Shown: positions 1 through 12,117, numbered from the whole stretch's first letter. The stretch: 60,981 nucleotides of DNA, filler included, from Sphacelaria rigidula (GCA_964200075.2; 10 parts of 10 records of this genome joined end to end with filler, not necessarily neighbours in it); one strand, 5' to 3'. A program made the numbers and translations. Notes: generated by a model not told the origin, from the letters alone.

Positions 1-54
1 GTGGGAAGGGGGGGGGGGGTGGGGGGCAAGAGGAGGGGGGGGGGGGGAGGGGGT

Positions 55-659
55 AGAGTCCACGGAGCAGACTAGGTCGAATGGTGCCCGGTTGGTGTGC
101 GTGTGTTACAGCCGGGAGTATCTGTTTATCTTTCCTTTCTTTGGAATCTTATCAAGCATCTCGGAAGCCAGTAACATAACAGCATGCCGTTTCATTCTGT
201 AGTGAAACAGGGGGTGCAATCAATAAAGCCAGGGAGATTGAATTGCAGACCGAATGAAACCGCCCCCCCCTCCCCCCCCCCCCCTATCATGCATGGCTGG
301 TGTTGTAAACCAGCATTTGTTTTGGGGGGGTATAATCCACGGAGCAGACTGGGTCAAATGATGCACGGTTGGTGTGCGTGTGTTGCAGTCGGGACTGCCT
401 GTTATTCTCTCCCTTCTTCGGAACTGCATCAAGCATCTCGGAAGCCAGTAACATGCCATTTCATTCGGTTGTCAAGCAGAGGGTAAAATCGATGGGGCCA
501 CGGAGATGGGATTGTAAGCCGAACGGAACAGCTACGTATCCCCCTTCCCCCGATGCATGGTTGGTGTTGTAAACCAGCAATGTTTTGGGTGGGGTGGTCG
601 GCGGAACACACAGGGTCAAATGATGCCCCGTTGGTGTGCGTGTGTTGCAGACGGTACTG
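55..659. repeat. ~270-bp tandem repeat, ~2.3 diverged copies
   Basis: Motif CGGAGCAGACTGGGTCAAATGATGC.CGGTTGGTGTGCGTGTGTTGCAG recurs near 62, 340 and 602; the third copy ends at a MITE. Confidence 0.8.
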
Positions 660-914
660 AATACTTTCTACGATAGCTTCTTCCCCCCCCCCGAAACCAG
701 ACCAAAAATGTCACGATGAGAGTGGTCATACAGCGCCTGATGTTTGCTTACAAGCTGCATGAAGCGCCTAATATGGGCGGCATTGGCGAAAACAAGCCCA
801 AGCGTGGGGATTCTGAGCTGCTCGTTGTGCTCGGCTTTTTCACTTCTATTTACCTGTAGATTTTGCCTCCCCAAAGCAGGCGTTTTTTTGGGGAGGGCTA
901 TCGTAGAAAGTATC
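660..914 (+). mobile_element. MITE family A (Sola2-like), copy 1
   Basis: TIR ATACTTTCTACGATAGC...GCTATCGTAGAAAGTATC; 4-bp flanks ACTG/ACTA; interior homologous to copies at 1672, 29853 and 48142. Confidence 0.85.
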
Positions 915-1671
915 ACTATATTTTTACATCTCCTTCGGAATGACATCAAGGATCTCGGAGGCCAGGTGATGCGTACGCACGAATCGCATCGTATTATTTT
1001 TGCCATCGTCAATCGCCGGTTTTGGAAACCTACTGTTTCGAAACCCTGTGTGAAAAATGGTGCGGGCCGTGTCAAGCTTCGTGTTTAAAGAAAACGTAAC
1101 AAAATTGCAGATGTTAACCCTTCTAAAAGTATGAATGAAACGCGATGTACAGCATGATTCTTTCCCAGTGGCATTGTCCTTGTTGGTGATGAACCGTGTG
1201 GGCGTAAGTATTCGAGGCCGAATCTTGTCAATGGTTTTGGGTGTCCAACACGCGTGGTGGAACCGAATTCGCACGTATCGGATAGAATCCATGGCATCTG
1301 CGTTCTCAGATGACCCCCAATTTTTGGTTACAACTATTCGCGCGCGACCGGCAGGGTGAAAAAGAGAAAACCTTAGTTTTATCGATCGAGAACACGCGAC
1401 GGAAAAAAACGAAGGGGCACTTCACTCCTATCTTGCAGACAATCACGCCAGGTATCACCTTTTCACAGAAACATGCAAACCTCACATCTTTCCTTCTCAG
1501 CAACCCAACCCTGCAGTGAAGATCACGACTTGAGCACAGGGTACATGCACTGCAGTAGTGATAGGGAACCGACACTATCACCCTCGTAGTCAGATGTGTT
1601 TATTTTTTGTTGGCGAAAACTTGGGCATCTGATTTTGCGTCAGAGTTCGGCGATGGAATAGCGTGGTAGGG

Positions 1672-2103
1672 GACACTTTCTACGATAGCCCCTCCCCCCC
1701 CCCCCTCCGAACAATCTTAGCAGGATGCAGCTCACCCATCATGCGACTCGCCGAACACACCACGGTGCTTCGCGCTTGGTGGTTTGAGTGCANNNNNNNN
1801 NNCCGTCCCGGCTTTGTAGGGATGCGAGGTCAATGGTCTTATGACTATGGCATGCATGATCATGAGTACACCCCCCCGAAATCAGCCCAAAACTATCATG
1901 CAGGAAATGGTCATACGGCGCCTGATGTTCGGTTCCAAGCTGCATGAAGCGCCTCATATGGGCGACATCAGCGAAAACGAGCCCAAGCTTAGGGATTCCC
2001 AGCTGCTCGTTGTACTCGGCTTTTTCACTTCGATTCACGTGAATATTTGCCTCCCCAAAGCAGGCGATTTTGTTCTTTTGGGGGGGCTATCGTAGAAAGT
2101 ATC
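1672..2103 (+). mobile_element. MITE family A, copy 2, carrying a nested poly(C)-ended insertion
   Basis: GACACTTTCTACGATAGC...GCTATCGTAGAAAGTATC with perfect 4-bp TSD AGGG. Confidence 0.9.
1709..1877 (+). mobile_element. Poly(C)-ended non-LTR retroelement 3' fragment (family E)
   Basis: Ends GAGGTCAATGGTC..ATGACTATGGGCATGCATGATCATGAGTACA-C7; homologues at 12331, 26918, 36650 and 38919; contains a 10-N gap. Confidence 0.75.
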
Positions 2104-2371
2104 AGGGTGGGGGACCGAACTGCGTACACGCTCATGGACAGTAGAGACAGTACAAGACTGCATACTATATTCGAATATTTTTCGTGTCTTCGCTTTTTGG
2201 CGGGGCTCATTTCCTGTCATGATTCACTTGGTTCACAAACCAGCCGCGTACAATCGCCTCAGGAGGGAAAATTTCGTGACCCCAACGCACAACTGTAACT
2301 TTCTGTGCGCCAAAGAGTTACCGCGGGTTTATAAATCCAGGCAGCCGGCATCAGGGTGGTCGTCAGTCGTG

Positions 2372-2629
2372 GAGCAATGCTACGGTAGGATTGCACTTTT
2401 TGCGCGAAATCTTGTCGGGTTCAGGGACTCCTCAAGGTATTACATGCACAAGAATATGAATCAGGGCACCCCCGTTTGCAAATTCATTCGGGATATCCCT
2501 AGCACATTGGAACAGTAATCCTGGCGAACTCTCACATATTTCATAAGTCGTGGTTTGGATGAGATAAAGGGCTCCTAACAATTCCTATCTCGGAAAATAT
2601 TTGTGCGCACCCCTACCGTAGCATCCCTC
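2372..2629 (+). mobile_element. MITE family C (Sola2-like), copy 1
   Basis: TIR GAGCAATGCTACGGTAGG...CCTACCGTAGCATCCCTC; perfect TSD CGTG. Confidence 0.9.
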
Positions 2630-4097
2630 CGTGACGCATATGTTGACACGTACAGAAACGATAGCACACCGACTCGCTTACACGGGACCTGTTTTCAGAA
2701 ACCAGGAAGAAGCGCACCACCATCCAGGGGGGTGGTATTATGTTCAGCGCAACTGTGGCAGGTCACGCGCTGGTGGTATAGTTTTGTTAACTCATGGCAC
2801 AACATGAAAACTATCATGACAAACATCTTCCGCGACACATGCGCATGTCGTCATCAGTGTGTCATCTATTGCACTTGTAGCGAGTATGAATTCACTGGGT
2901 TACGAGACAAGCGCCACATCTGTGCATCCTGTCAGATGTACCGTCCTTGCAGCAGTGCTGCTCTCGTCGTTGCACATGTGCACCACCGAAGCGCCTCGTT
3001 TACTAAACCAGTCATGTGGCGCATTGAAGGATCGTCTATATCAGATGTTTTTTTAAAAAATATTCGTGGCATCCCTGCATTGGAACCTTGGGTTATGGTA
3101 TCGCATTGTTTCGGCATCACCTGCAGTCAACATGCCTCGTGAGACGATGGGCGGTGGACGCGGCACTCTCATCTGACACAACATGCATTGTGCTTTTCAT
3201 GAGCTCCATCGTGCGTGTTGGCCGTCGGTTGCAGAAGCCGTGCATGAGCTCGGTGATTGGGGTCCTAGTCCCGATTATCCAGCAGGCGTTCATGAGGATG
3301 GACATACAATAGTCCCCTCCACACAACTGGAACTCGTGTTTGGTCTTGGAGGGATTAATCGTGGTCGGTAGCTGTGGCCAAAGAAAGATCCAAAACGGAC
3401 GCAGACGTTGTGTGGCGTCGGTTCAGTCACCACATCAAGCAGTCCTTGATGAAGTATGTTTTGACGTCTCGTAGAGATGAGCGCGATCCTTTTAGACTTG
3501 TGTGTCTGGTAACACGATGGTTCGCACGATGGTTTCCGTCATCGCACGCTCGTTGCAGTGTCTGGATCAAGTAGCAACTCCGCTTCGGTTCATACCGCCA
3601 TATCGAGGTGCATGAGCGTCGTCTGAGCGTCGGCAGCTGCTGGTGCAACGATGGTGCGCGATGCCACCGGTGACTTATCATTGATATGCACGATGGTCAC
3701 CATACGGTGTCTATCGTCTACAATCATGTTGTAATGTCGCGCCGCGTATCTCCCTGCCGCATGTGCTTCCTCTAACAGCATCCCGTGGGTTCCTCGCTGA
3801 GCAACCGACCGACATCAACGACGACTTCCTCTTCGGCCTCGGCATACGCAGTTTACGCGATGTTCACCTGCATGCTCTCGCCACCGACCACGGCGTAAGT
3901 AAATCAGTGACGCCCTACTGCCAGAATATGAAGACGTTACACCTCGCTCATACTGTGGCGTCCACGTTCTGCGAGGGGATGCACTGTGGCGCAGAATCTC
4001 CGGTCGACATTTAAAAAATCGACGAGAAATTGCAGTGGGACTTGTAAAGGGCGAAATCCCGCGTACCCCCTGCTGTATTGCCACCACATGCTCGGGG

Positions 4098-4353
4098 GAG
4101 CAATAGTACGGTAGGGTTGCCCATTTTGTGCAAAATCTTGTCTGGTTCAGGGGCTCCTAACGATTCTAAATGCACAAGAAAATGGATCAGAGCATTCCTA
4201 TTTGCAAATTCATTTTCGACATCCCTAGCACATTGAAATGGTGATGGTAGCGCACGCTCATACCTTTCATAAGTCGTGTTTTGGATGAGATAAAGGGCTC
4301 CCAACAATCTTAACCTCAGGAAGTGTTTGTGCACCCCTACCGTAGTATCACTC
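4098..4353 (+). mobile_element. MITE family C, copy 2
   Basis: GAGCAATAGTACGGTAGG...CCTACCGTAGTATCACTC; TSD GGGG; interior homologous to 2372-2629. Confidence 0.9.
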
Positions 4354-5987
4354 GGGGCGGCCACGAGGAAGTCTTTATCGCGAATGACGGGCGAGTAGTC
4401 GTGGTAGAATGGCGGCGGTGGCATTTGACATTCGCGCCAGCAGGCGTGCAGTGGATTTCCTCGCCCGGCATCCGAAATGAAATTCGGTCGTGCACATACA
4501 CAGAGATCGATCACCGTATTTCAGGGAGGAATATGACGAAGGTGGGGGAGTCTCCAACTGGAAGGATATAGCATACTGCACAGTCTCCAGGTATGTTCTG
4601 GAGGGGACAAATCCTGTATCGTCGGCCTGAGCTCAGGGCAGATTGGCGAAGACAAATCCCCGCAACAGCAACAAATCTTGCCTCGTGGTGGGGCCGCGGG
4701 AGATGCCCCATGTGTCGGTGTGGGCGCTCCCATACTCGTTTGACGCCACTACCACCATCCTAAACCTCACGAGTATATCTGGGTTCCAAAGCATCGTGCA
4801 AGATTCATTTCAGTGGTGTTGGCCGTTACAGCGGGCGGATAAATGGCAAAAGTCGTCTACCGTGATCAGAGTGGTTACATGTGACATGGACCGTTCATAG
4901 AGCGGCAGTGTCCATAAGATACGTTCCCAAACATCCGGCGATATTTTTGCCTGCCCAGCTTCCTAAAGGTGAGCATATGATGCAATGTGCAGGATTCATA
5001 ACTCCGGTCCTCGAACGAGCGTCACTGTTGACCTCCATATGAATGGATGATGTTACCAAACTTCTCGAAAATCGATGAGATGGTGATTTTGACAATCGTA
5101 AAGTATCCGATTTCCGAAATCAAAGACTGTGTACCGCACAGCGTCTAAGTGCACCTCCACAAATATTCCTTTGTGTAACGGAAGCACTTCTGGTCGCGAG
5201 CTGCCCTGAAACTGACCCGTCGGTGCTTTCCGTCGGCGTCCCGACGAATGCACTGCAGTGCTAGCACGAAGATCCGGACCGTTACAGGGAATGTTCATGC
5301 GAACATCTCCCGTTAGTTATTCCCGAACCCAGAAGCCGAGGATTGGAAAACGCTTGGCTCGGGCCTGCGTTAGCAAGGTGACGACAAGGATGGGCCGAAG
5401 AGGCACGAGCCTTGGCACGTTCGCAGCTTTGAAGTCAACGACCACATCCTAAAGGATGGACACGACTTTCCGACGACGTACATTTTCACAAAGTACGGGA
5501 CTATGCCGCATGAGAGGACGGGAACGTCAAATCTGTCCTCTTCTGAGTTCCACGACGATGTATCGAGACGGTACATGTATTTTCCCGGAGATGAAGATGG
5601 ATCCCTTCTCCGCTTGTTTCAGTGGGGGAAGTGGTCATATTTCCCAAGACTGTTGCGGATGTGACGAAGTGGCGAGACACAAAGGAAAATTTCGAGACAA
5701 GACGGACGCCTCAGAGCGGACGCGGGCGGCCTACTGAGTAGAGGCTGATGCTGCCTAAGAAGTGTGTAACGATGACCTAACCCCACGTGTCTTGAGACCG
5801 CGACGGGCGGTCTTCTTCCCGTCGCCGGGGTTGCTAGCCGTCATAAACCACGGAACTTGTCGTGTGGTCATATCACCTCCCCTGTATACGGTTGACATGG
5901 CAATCGAAAAGAAACAGAGCAAGGGGGGTTTGTTCCTCCACGTCGTCTGAAAAGGTCTCGATGTTTTTGGCTTCCTGATGTGCATTT

Positions 5988-6009
5988 GAGCCATGCTACG
6001 ATAGGGGGG
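5988..6009. mobile_element. MITE family B-like terminus at contig end
   Basis: GAGCCATGCTACGATAG followed by a G-run, a variant of the family B TIR. Confidence 0.65.
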
Positions 6010-6109
6010 NNNNNNNNNNNNNNNNNNNNNNNNNNNNNNNNNNNNNNNNNNNNTTAATTAATTAANNNNNNNNNNNNNNNNNNNNNNNNNNNNNNNNNNN
6101 NNNNNNNNN
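6010..6109. other. Artificial contig linker
   Basis: N44-TTAATTAATTAA-N44, with stops in all six frames. Confidence 0.98.
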
Positions 6110-6300
6110 CTTGCATTCGGATGACAGCCTACAATGAGTTGCTTTATTTTCTGGTATCGCCACTTCCCGAGACAGCCACAGCGAATTATATCAATGAGGG
6201 ACTTCAATGTTCGCCTAATGCCCCTCGATCGCGTCGGTACTTCTTGAAGCGGCCTTATACGGCCACAACGCTCAGCGAAAGTATGACTTTGCCTTGATCT
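6110..6300 (-). mobile_element. Internal part of family E (extent uncertain)
   Basis: 6110-6160 CTTGCATT..ACAGCCTACAATGAGTTGCT.TATTTTCTGGTATCGC matches 39130-39180, which is continuous with an E 3' end. Confidence 0.55.
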
Positions 6301-6649
6301 TGGTGTGATACACTCAGCAGCAAGAGGACGCTTTGACCCGGCGCTGTGGGCGTGCAGAGTAGATCAACGCCGCTGAAAAAGTCTCTACACGATCGAGATG
6401 GGCGTCAAGCCGACAAAAAATCATAGCAAGACTGAAAGTCATTTTGCATGCAGGGATGGCAGCCCATAACCATTAGATCCCCCCCAACTGCGGGAAAAAC
6501 TTTTCGTCGGTCTCTACGAAAACTATCGTCGTCTGGAAATTTCCACCTTCTTTTGGGTTCGTGCTTATGAAATCTGCCGTCCCGCGGAGTCTTTTTTTTC
6601 ACAAATGACGCGGATGTGTACTCTCAAAATCCTTTACTGGAAACGCTTG

Positions 6650-8310
6650 CTAATGACAGGCGTCCGGGAGTGAACAAGAAAACGTCGTTGCATCTACCTT
6701 GCTAACAAGAGGGCTTCGGGCTACGTAAATTATGCCTTCACGTTTATCGCCTTGAGGAGGGATAAGTTCAAACCACGTGTGCAGAATGGAGAAATCGCAC
6801 TGGAAACACCGTTTTCGGTCGGAATTATTCGGGCACACCAACTGGGGATTTCTGCTGCGCCTGTACGTTGGAACCAGTCACGGAAAAAGTCACGGGAAAA
6901 GCGTTTTTGCCTCGTACCATCCATGCGCAAAACGGAGCATCTGTGAAAGGGTGATCCCTCGACGGACACTCGTGGGAGTTTTTCTCTCCTGTGTTGTGGG
7001 CCTCTTCGTATTTCCTTCGACGAGAAGCGGTTTGTAGGAGTGACCATCTTCGCCGACTGACAATGAGGATGTACATGCTTCTTCACGTGTCTTCCTCATT
7101 TGTTGTGTTGCCAGGTCAACAGCCTCCACAGGAGAATCTCCCGTGAGATTGCGAACTTTGCTCCGAAGTCACCCACCAGATGCTCGATCGCCCACCACTT
7201 TCACGACTTTGTTATGCCCGCTTAACGTTTTTTTTTTGGGGGGGGGGCTTTGCAATGTTTTCCTGTGTTGGTGTGAGGCGGCATTTTGAACCCCGGACCT
7301 TCTGTTCATGAAACATGCCAGTCATCCCGCTGATGTTTCCAGTGTGAAAAAGGAGATTTCTCGACGATTACTTTGGGGAATTTTCGCCTTCTATGTGAGT
7401 GGTACCCACACTTCTCCTCAAATCCATCCTGTACGTGCCCTCGCTAGACGGACATTTCGGAGGTGAACCGGATCTGGCGGGGGGTTTCTGTAAGTATCTT
7501 TTCCAGACGACCCTCCCTACGGTTTCAAGTCGGGTACGCCCCTAAACAAATCGCGACGAGACGAAGGGGTCCACGAAACGTGAACCAATTAAAAAATAAC
7601 ATGCCGTACCAGACAGAAACGCGGAGAACCTGTGTGTCCATATTCTGAATCGTCGCTCGGGTCCCGGTGGAATGGAAATCTTCGGTCGGAGTGTTTGCAG
7701 TGCGGCAAAACCACAGTCGGAGTGTCCGAGTGCGAGGAGTTTGTTGTGGGTAGAGCCTGGGAATTTGTATCGAAATGGCTACGCCGGGTTAGGCTGTTGT
7801 GACGTGGCGAACGGCAAATGAACTAATTCATGAACTGAATCGATTTCTTCGGGTGCTAGTTGCTATTGCTGGTGGTTTGGTCAGGAGCGCGTTGACTGCA
7901 TGAGGTACACTAGGTCCTCGGGGAGCGCATTCCCGACTAAAAAAGGGCGGGGGTGTCGTTTAGCAAAGATATTGAAAGAAAAGAAGCGCCAGATGCGGTA
8001 TACCTCTGGAATTTTGATCTAGCGAGAGTACAGGGTGGATTTGAAGAGAAGCTTCGTTTTGCGTATGGACTGTACGAGGCAGAGATTTTTTTCCAAGGTA
8101 CAGGCGAGGCACGTATCCCCAGTTGATTCGCCCGAAAAAACCCAACCGAAAACAGGTTTCCTGGTGCGTTCTCTCAATTCCGCAAACCTGGGTCGAGATC
8201 GTACCTTCAACAGGCGATATACGTTAAGGTACACCTTTCATAGTCTGAAGCGCTTTGAAAAGATGTGGCCTCGTCTCGTTGTCCCATTCGTCTCGAAACT
8301 CTCTCATTGC
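6650..8310. repeat. Diverged long inverted repeat (arms ~6650-6945 and ~8047-8310)
   Basis: Shared blocks include GTTTTCGGT.GG, CAACTGGGGAT, CGCCTGTAC.TTGGAA and TGCCTCGTAC..TCCAT.CGCAAAACG.AGC in opposite orientation. Confidence 0.7.
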
Positions 8311-8746
8311 CCTTCCTGGCGGGCAGTGGAAATACGGGAAATTGACATATGATTGTTTTACTCTTGATTTCAGCACATGGTCGGAACGTCTGCTCATTCT
8401 TTTAGACTGCTGAGCATTTTTCGCGAAAACATGGAGCGTATTTGCCGCATTATACCCGCTTCTGTCCAAACAGTTCGAAAGCGCAGGGGGGGGGTCTCCG
8501 TGGCCATTTCAGGAATAGTTCCCGAACAAACCTCGACTTTCCCAAGAGCGAAGTGTGTGTTTGTGTCCGTCTGTCTGTGCTGTCCGGCGTGCGTCGGGTT
8601 GGTCCATTTTCTCTGTGTTTCCGCCGCTGCCGCCGCCGCCGCCACCGCCAGAAATGACCGTTCGAGAAACAGTTGCGTCTAAACCGCTTGCTTGGATCTT
8701 TCGTAGATTCCCGCGCCATATGTCTCACTGCTCCCCAATCTGTACT

Positions 8747-8812
8747 TCTGTCTGTCTGTCTGTCTGCCTGTCTGTCTGTCTGTCTGCCTGTCTGTCTGTT
8801 TGTTTATCTGTT

Positions 8813-8848
<36 letters not shown>

Positions 8849-8873
8849 GATCGGTCTGTCGATCGGTCTGTCT
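8747..8873. repeat. (CTGT)n microsatellite, probably intronic
   Basis: Directly visible; lies just upstream of a CTAAC branch-like site and a CAG acceptor. Confidence 0.95.
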
Positions 8874-8938
8874 ACCACAACACTTTGCTGGTATGAATTC
8901 CTAACATGTGCCTGAACATTGCACCGGAACTCAAACAG

Positions 8939-10238
8939 CAAAATTCTGCCGAGATTGTTGTTCATCCCGATGCCAGGCGCAGCGTTGTCGACAGCAACAA
9001 AAACAGTGAAAATAAAGGTGAACCACCGCGAAAAAAAGAAGGCTTTTGGTCCGGGTTGTTGCCGATCCAGTCTCGACTCCCGTTGCGCCGGGCGCCAAGA
9101 ATCGGGTTACTCCCTCCTGACGAGGCCGAACGCGATTTCGGCTGTCGCGGTAACGATCGCCGTGACGGGGTGAACGATGATAGCACGGGAATGTCGGCCG
9201 CTGTCGTGTCCAGATGGGGCAGAATTCAAGCACCGATGACCATTCGCGCGAATGGACGCAGCGACATCGGAGGCGAAGCCGAAGAAGGCAGTGATGGTCG
9301 CGGACGTGTCGGGACGCGTCAACATCGGCGGATGGAATCGCCCTCGGCGTTGGAAGAAGGGGGGAAAGGCAGAGAGGAATGGGAGGATAGCGGAGTCGCA
9401 ATGTCGGCAGCTCGAAGCCACGATGCAGGGTACCGTGCTCATGGGGACGTGAAGGCTTCCAGAGAGCAGCATTTTGTGTCTGGTGGATCAGCGTGGCCAG
9501 CTCCTGCACCACTACGCCCCCCAGAACAACCATTAAGTACAGGTGATGGCCCCGTCGACCCGGAATCCACCACCTCGCCCTTGAGCGACCCTTTGCCCAA
9601 CATGACATCGGTTGCAACTTCTCAAGGATCCATCGCCGCCGCGTCCACCGCCGCGGCATCTACCGCCTCGACCGTGGGCTACCGCTCGTCCGGGAGACCA
9701 TCGGTTGCAAATCACGAACGTCTTCTGCTTCAACGCAGGGTAGCTGCATCACCTGGAGCGATTCAAGGGCGGGCCCGACGAGAAGAGTCTGACGACGTCG
9801 AGAACGGGCGGGTAAAACACAGCAACAACGATGGGTTCGCGAAGGGTGGTACTGTTTTCCCCGGAGGCAGTAGATCGCCGACAGCCCTCGAAGGTGGGCG
9901 ATACGACGACGAGGACAATCCCAGCGGGAACGTCGGAGGAGCAAATAACACAGGTAGTCAACACGCGCCCGTTGCCCCGCAATCCCCAATGCCAAGTGGC
10001 CAGGAGCAGCAACCACAGGTCGTGCTGAGCCCGGCGCTTCATCCAATTTATTTTCTGTTCATCGCGCCACCATCGGCGGCTTCAATCTCGTGGTCGTCCA
10101 TTTCTGGCAGTTTTGATCTTCTCGCGAGATCCCTGTATTTCGTGGCGGCGTGGCTATACGTATTCTTTGTATTCGGCAACTGGAACTTCCTGTGGACGGA
10201 GTCGTTCAGCGTGGCGTGGTGGGCCTACAGCTTCCCCT
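8939..10238 (+). CDS. SLAC1/SLAH (TDT family) anion channel, penultimate exon: long hydrophilic segment plus TM7-TM9
   Basis: PALHPIYFLFIAPPSAASISW...FSVAWWAYSFP matches the plant SLAC1 motifs ELHP..FIAAPSAASIAW and FSVAWWSYTFP; donor GTGAGT at 10239. The 5' boundary is inferred from CTAAC (8901) and CAG (8936-8938); ATG 8906 or an acceptor at 10018 are alternatives. Confidence 0.85.
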
Positions 10239-10613
10239 GTGAGTGCTGTATGTGTTTCGTGTGTTTTTTTCTGTCTGTGTGTGTCGTGCTGTTTGAAATT
10301 TGCATGCATCATGTGCTGCTTCGCAACCGATCGCGACGTGCGCAACAAAGCTGAGTGATCGGTTGTCGCACCTTTTCAGAGATTCCCGAGAGCATGTAGC
10401 CATCACAATAGCGGTGGGGCAGAAAGACGACCGACTTCTCCTTACAGTACACTAAATGCTGCACGCGTGCATTTCCCCTGTGACCCGATCGCGGATACTG
10501 TACATTGAAGTGTTGTGGCTCATGACCCTTCCCATCGTTTCATTCCCTTCTTTCTTGCCCCTCCTTCTCCCGGAAAAAAACAATATATGTACTCGATTTT
10601 GTCCATGGTACAG

Positions 10614-10804
10614 CGTCCACCTTTGCGCTGGCAACAATCATGTACGCGCAGGAGCTGGCCAGCGAGGGCATCGCGCTGGGAGCGCTGGTTCTCGGGGTAG
10701 CTTCCACGACGACGGTGCTGTTCGTGCTTTGCATGACGGTTAGGGCAGCGATTGACGGCAAGCTCTTCGGCCCGGACCCCGTGCTGTCCGTTCGCTTGGT
10801 CTAA
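10614..10804 (+). CDS. SLAC1/SLAH anion channel, terminal exon (end of TM9, TM10, stop)
   Basis: TACAG acceptor; phase-1 join gives FP-SSTFALATIMYAQELASEGIALGALVLGVASTTTVLFVLCMTVRAAIDGKLFGPDPVLSVRLV*, collinear with the SLAC1 C-terminus (ATIKYA...LFPND). Confidence 0.9.
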
Positions 10805-11889
10805 GAACGGCTGTTTGCCTCCCAGTAGATAAGTGAATGAAGAGTGGCACCATCACGGTAACCTCTAACGAATCCTGCAGGACGAGGGGGTAGATCACCT
10901 ATACGTAGGATACCGCCCCGTTAATGACATCTCTGGGTGACGATCCCTTGGCGATGTTTGGCACTGTGATGGTATCTAGAGTGCGGTACAGGATTACGCA
11001 GGAACTCCATCCCTTCTTCTGGCCTACCCGCCCCCCCTCGACTCCAAAAAAGGTATCATCCGGAGCTCACGGTCGTGCGGCCGTGTGTCGAGAACTGCGA
11101 CGTGAAAAACTCGTACATTCGGTGTTTGCCGGGAACCTTCCAATGCATGCAGCACCTTTCGTAACGATATCACCTCTACCGAGATATGTATTACTGTACA
11201 GAAGGCATGATGGACTGTTTTCTCCTTGGAGGCTGTAGCGACATACTGTGGGCATACACGCTCTTTTCATATCAGCGAAGGGGTAGGCTCCTGACCCCTG
11301 ATACCAACCCTGCGCCCGACAGGAGTGTGAGGATGTAGCATAGGGGCGTGCGGCTTGATATAGCCCTGTAAGAATCTCGAGCCTAGCCAAAGGCGGTAAC
11401 TGTTTCGAAGGAGGAAAGCAGGATTGCCGTACACCCATAAAAAGGCTATCGTAAGCTATACTCTCCGTTCCCCGTCCTCCAACGAAGCCCATGACCGGTC
11501 TTGTTGGTACGGCGTGGGGAGGGTCTTTCCGGCGGGTGTAGGGCCAGAATTACCTTCAAGGTGTGATTCCTTCTCATCACCACCCTTGGCCATGGCCGTG
11601 GTACTAGAGATAGGTCGGCGCGGTGCTCACCAGGTATACCCACCCCTGTTGTAATGCAGCAGTATAATATGTCAACTTCCTGAGTGCGGGCATATCCTGC
11701 CTTACAAGCAGTGTTGTGTAGAGCATTTTTTTTAACAGCACTCCAGATAGTAGATCTATTTTGGCATTGGTCTCTGTTCTATGCGATAGTTTCGATTATC
11801 GGCTGAGTCGCTGTTACTACTCTGTGTACACACCAGTACGTGGCAAAGTAGTCGGAGAGGTCACACGCGGAGACTTGTTAGATTCCAGC

Positions 11890-12117
11890 ACAAGTAGGTA
11901 TCTTGTAGTTCAATCGGTCCCATACGGATCTTTCGTAGTGTAGGTGCCCTTTCTTCGTGTGATGTTTTGTTTCTTGCCTTCTTCTGGGGGCTGTTTGGGT
12001 CATGAGTTTGGGTGGTATGCTCCTTGCACTCTATGACCACGGGTTCGAGAGATCGGGCTAATGTGACGGACATATTATTATTGTTGTTGTTGTTGTTGTT
12101 ATTATTATTATTAAATA
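11890..12117 (+). mobile_element. Non-LTR retrotransposon 3' end with trinucleotide tail (family H)
   Basis: TACGGATCTTTCGTAGTGTA...GACCACGGGTTCGAGAGATCG.GCTAATGTGACG then (TTA/TTG)n; homologue at 17250-17468. Confidence 0.7.

Larger units (their letters stand above)
1590..2165 (-). mobile_element. Fragment of repeat family D, interrupted by MITE A copy 2
   Basis: 1590-1671 and 2104-2165 match the reverse complement of ~21620-21765 and ~35660-35800. Confidence 0.65.

Noticed and set aside
5755..5987. KPPLLCFFSIAMSTV resembling a family-B DNA polymerase segment
   Set aside because: No polymerase or exonuclease motifs nearby; too short to support.
8555..8915. ORFs rich in SVCL repeats
   Set aside because: Translations of the (CTGT)n microsatellite.
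8931..10046. Long minus-strand ORFs over the SLAC1 exon
   Set aside because: Antisense shadows of a GC-rich coding exon.
10239..10354. C-terminal part of the 482-aa ORF (CECCMCFVC...)
   Set aside because: Read-through into an intron after the GTGAGT donor; SLAC1 similarity resumes at 10614.
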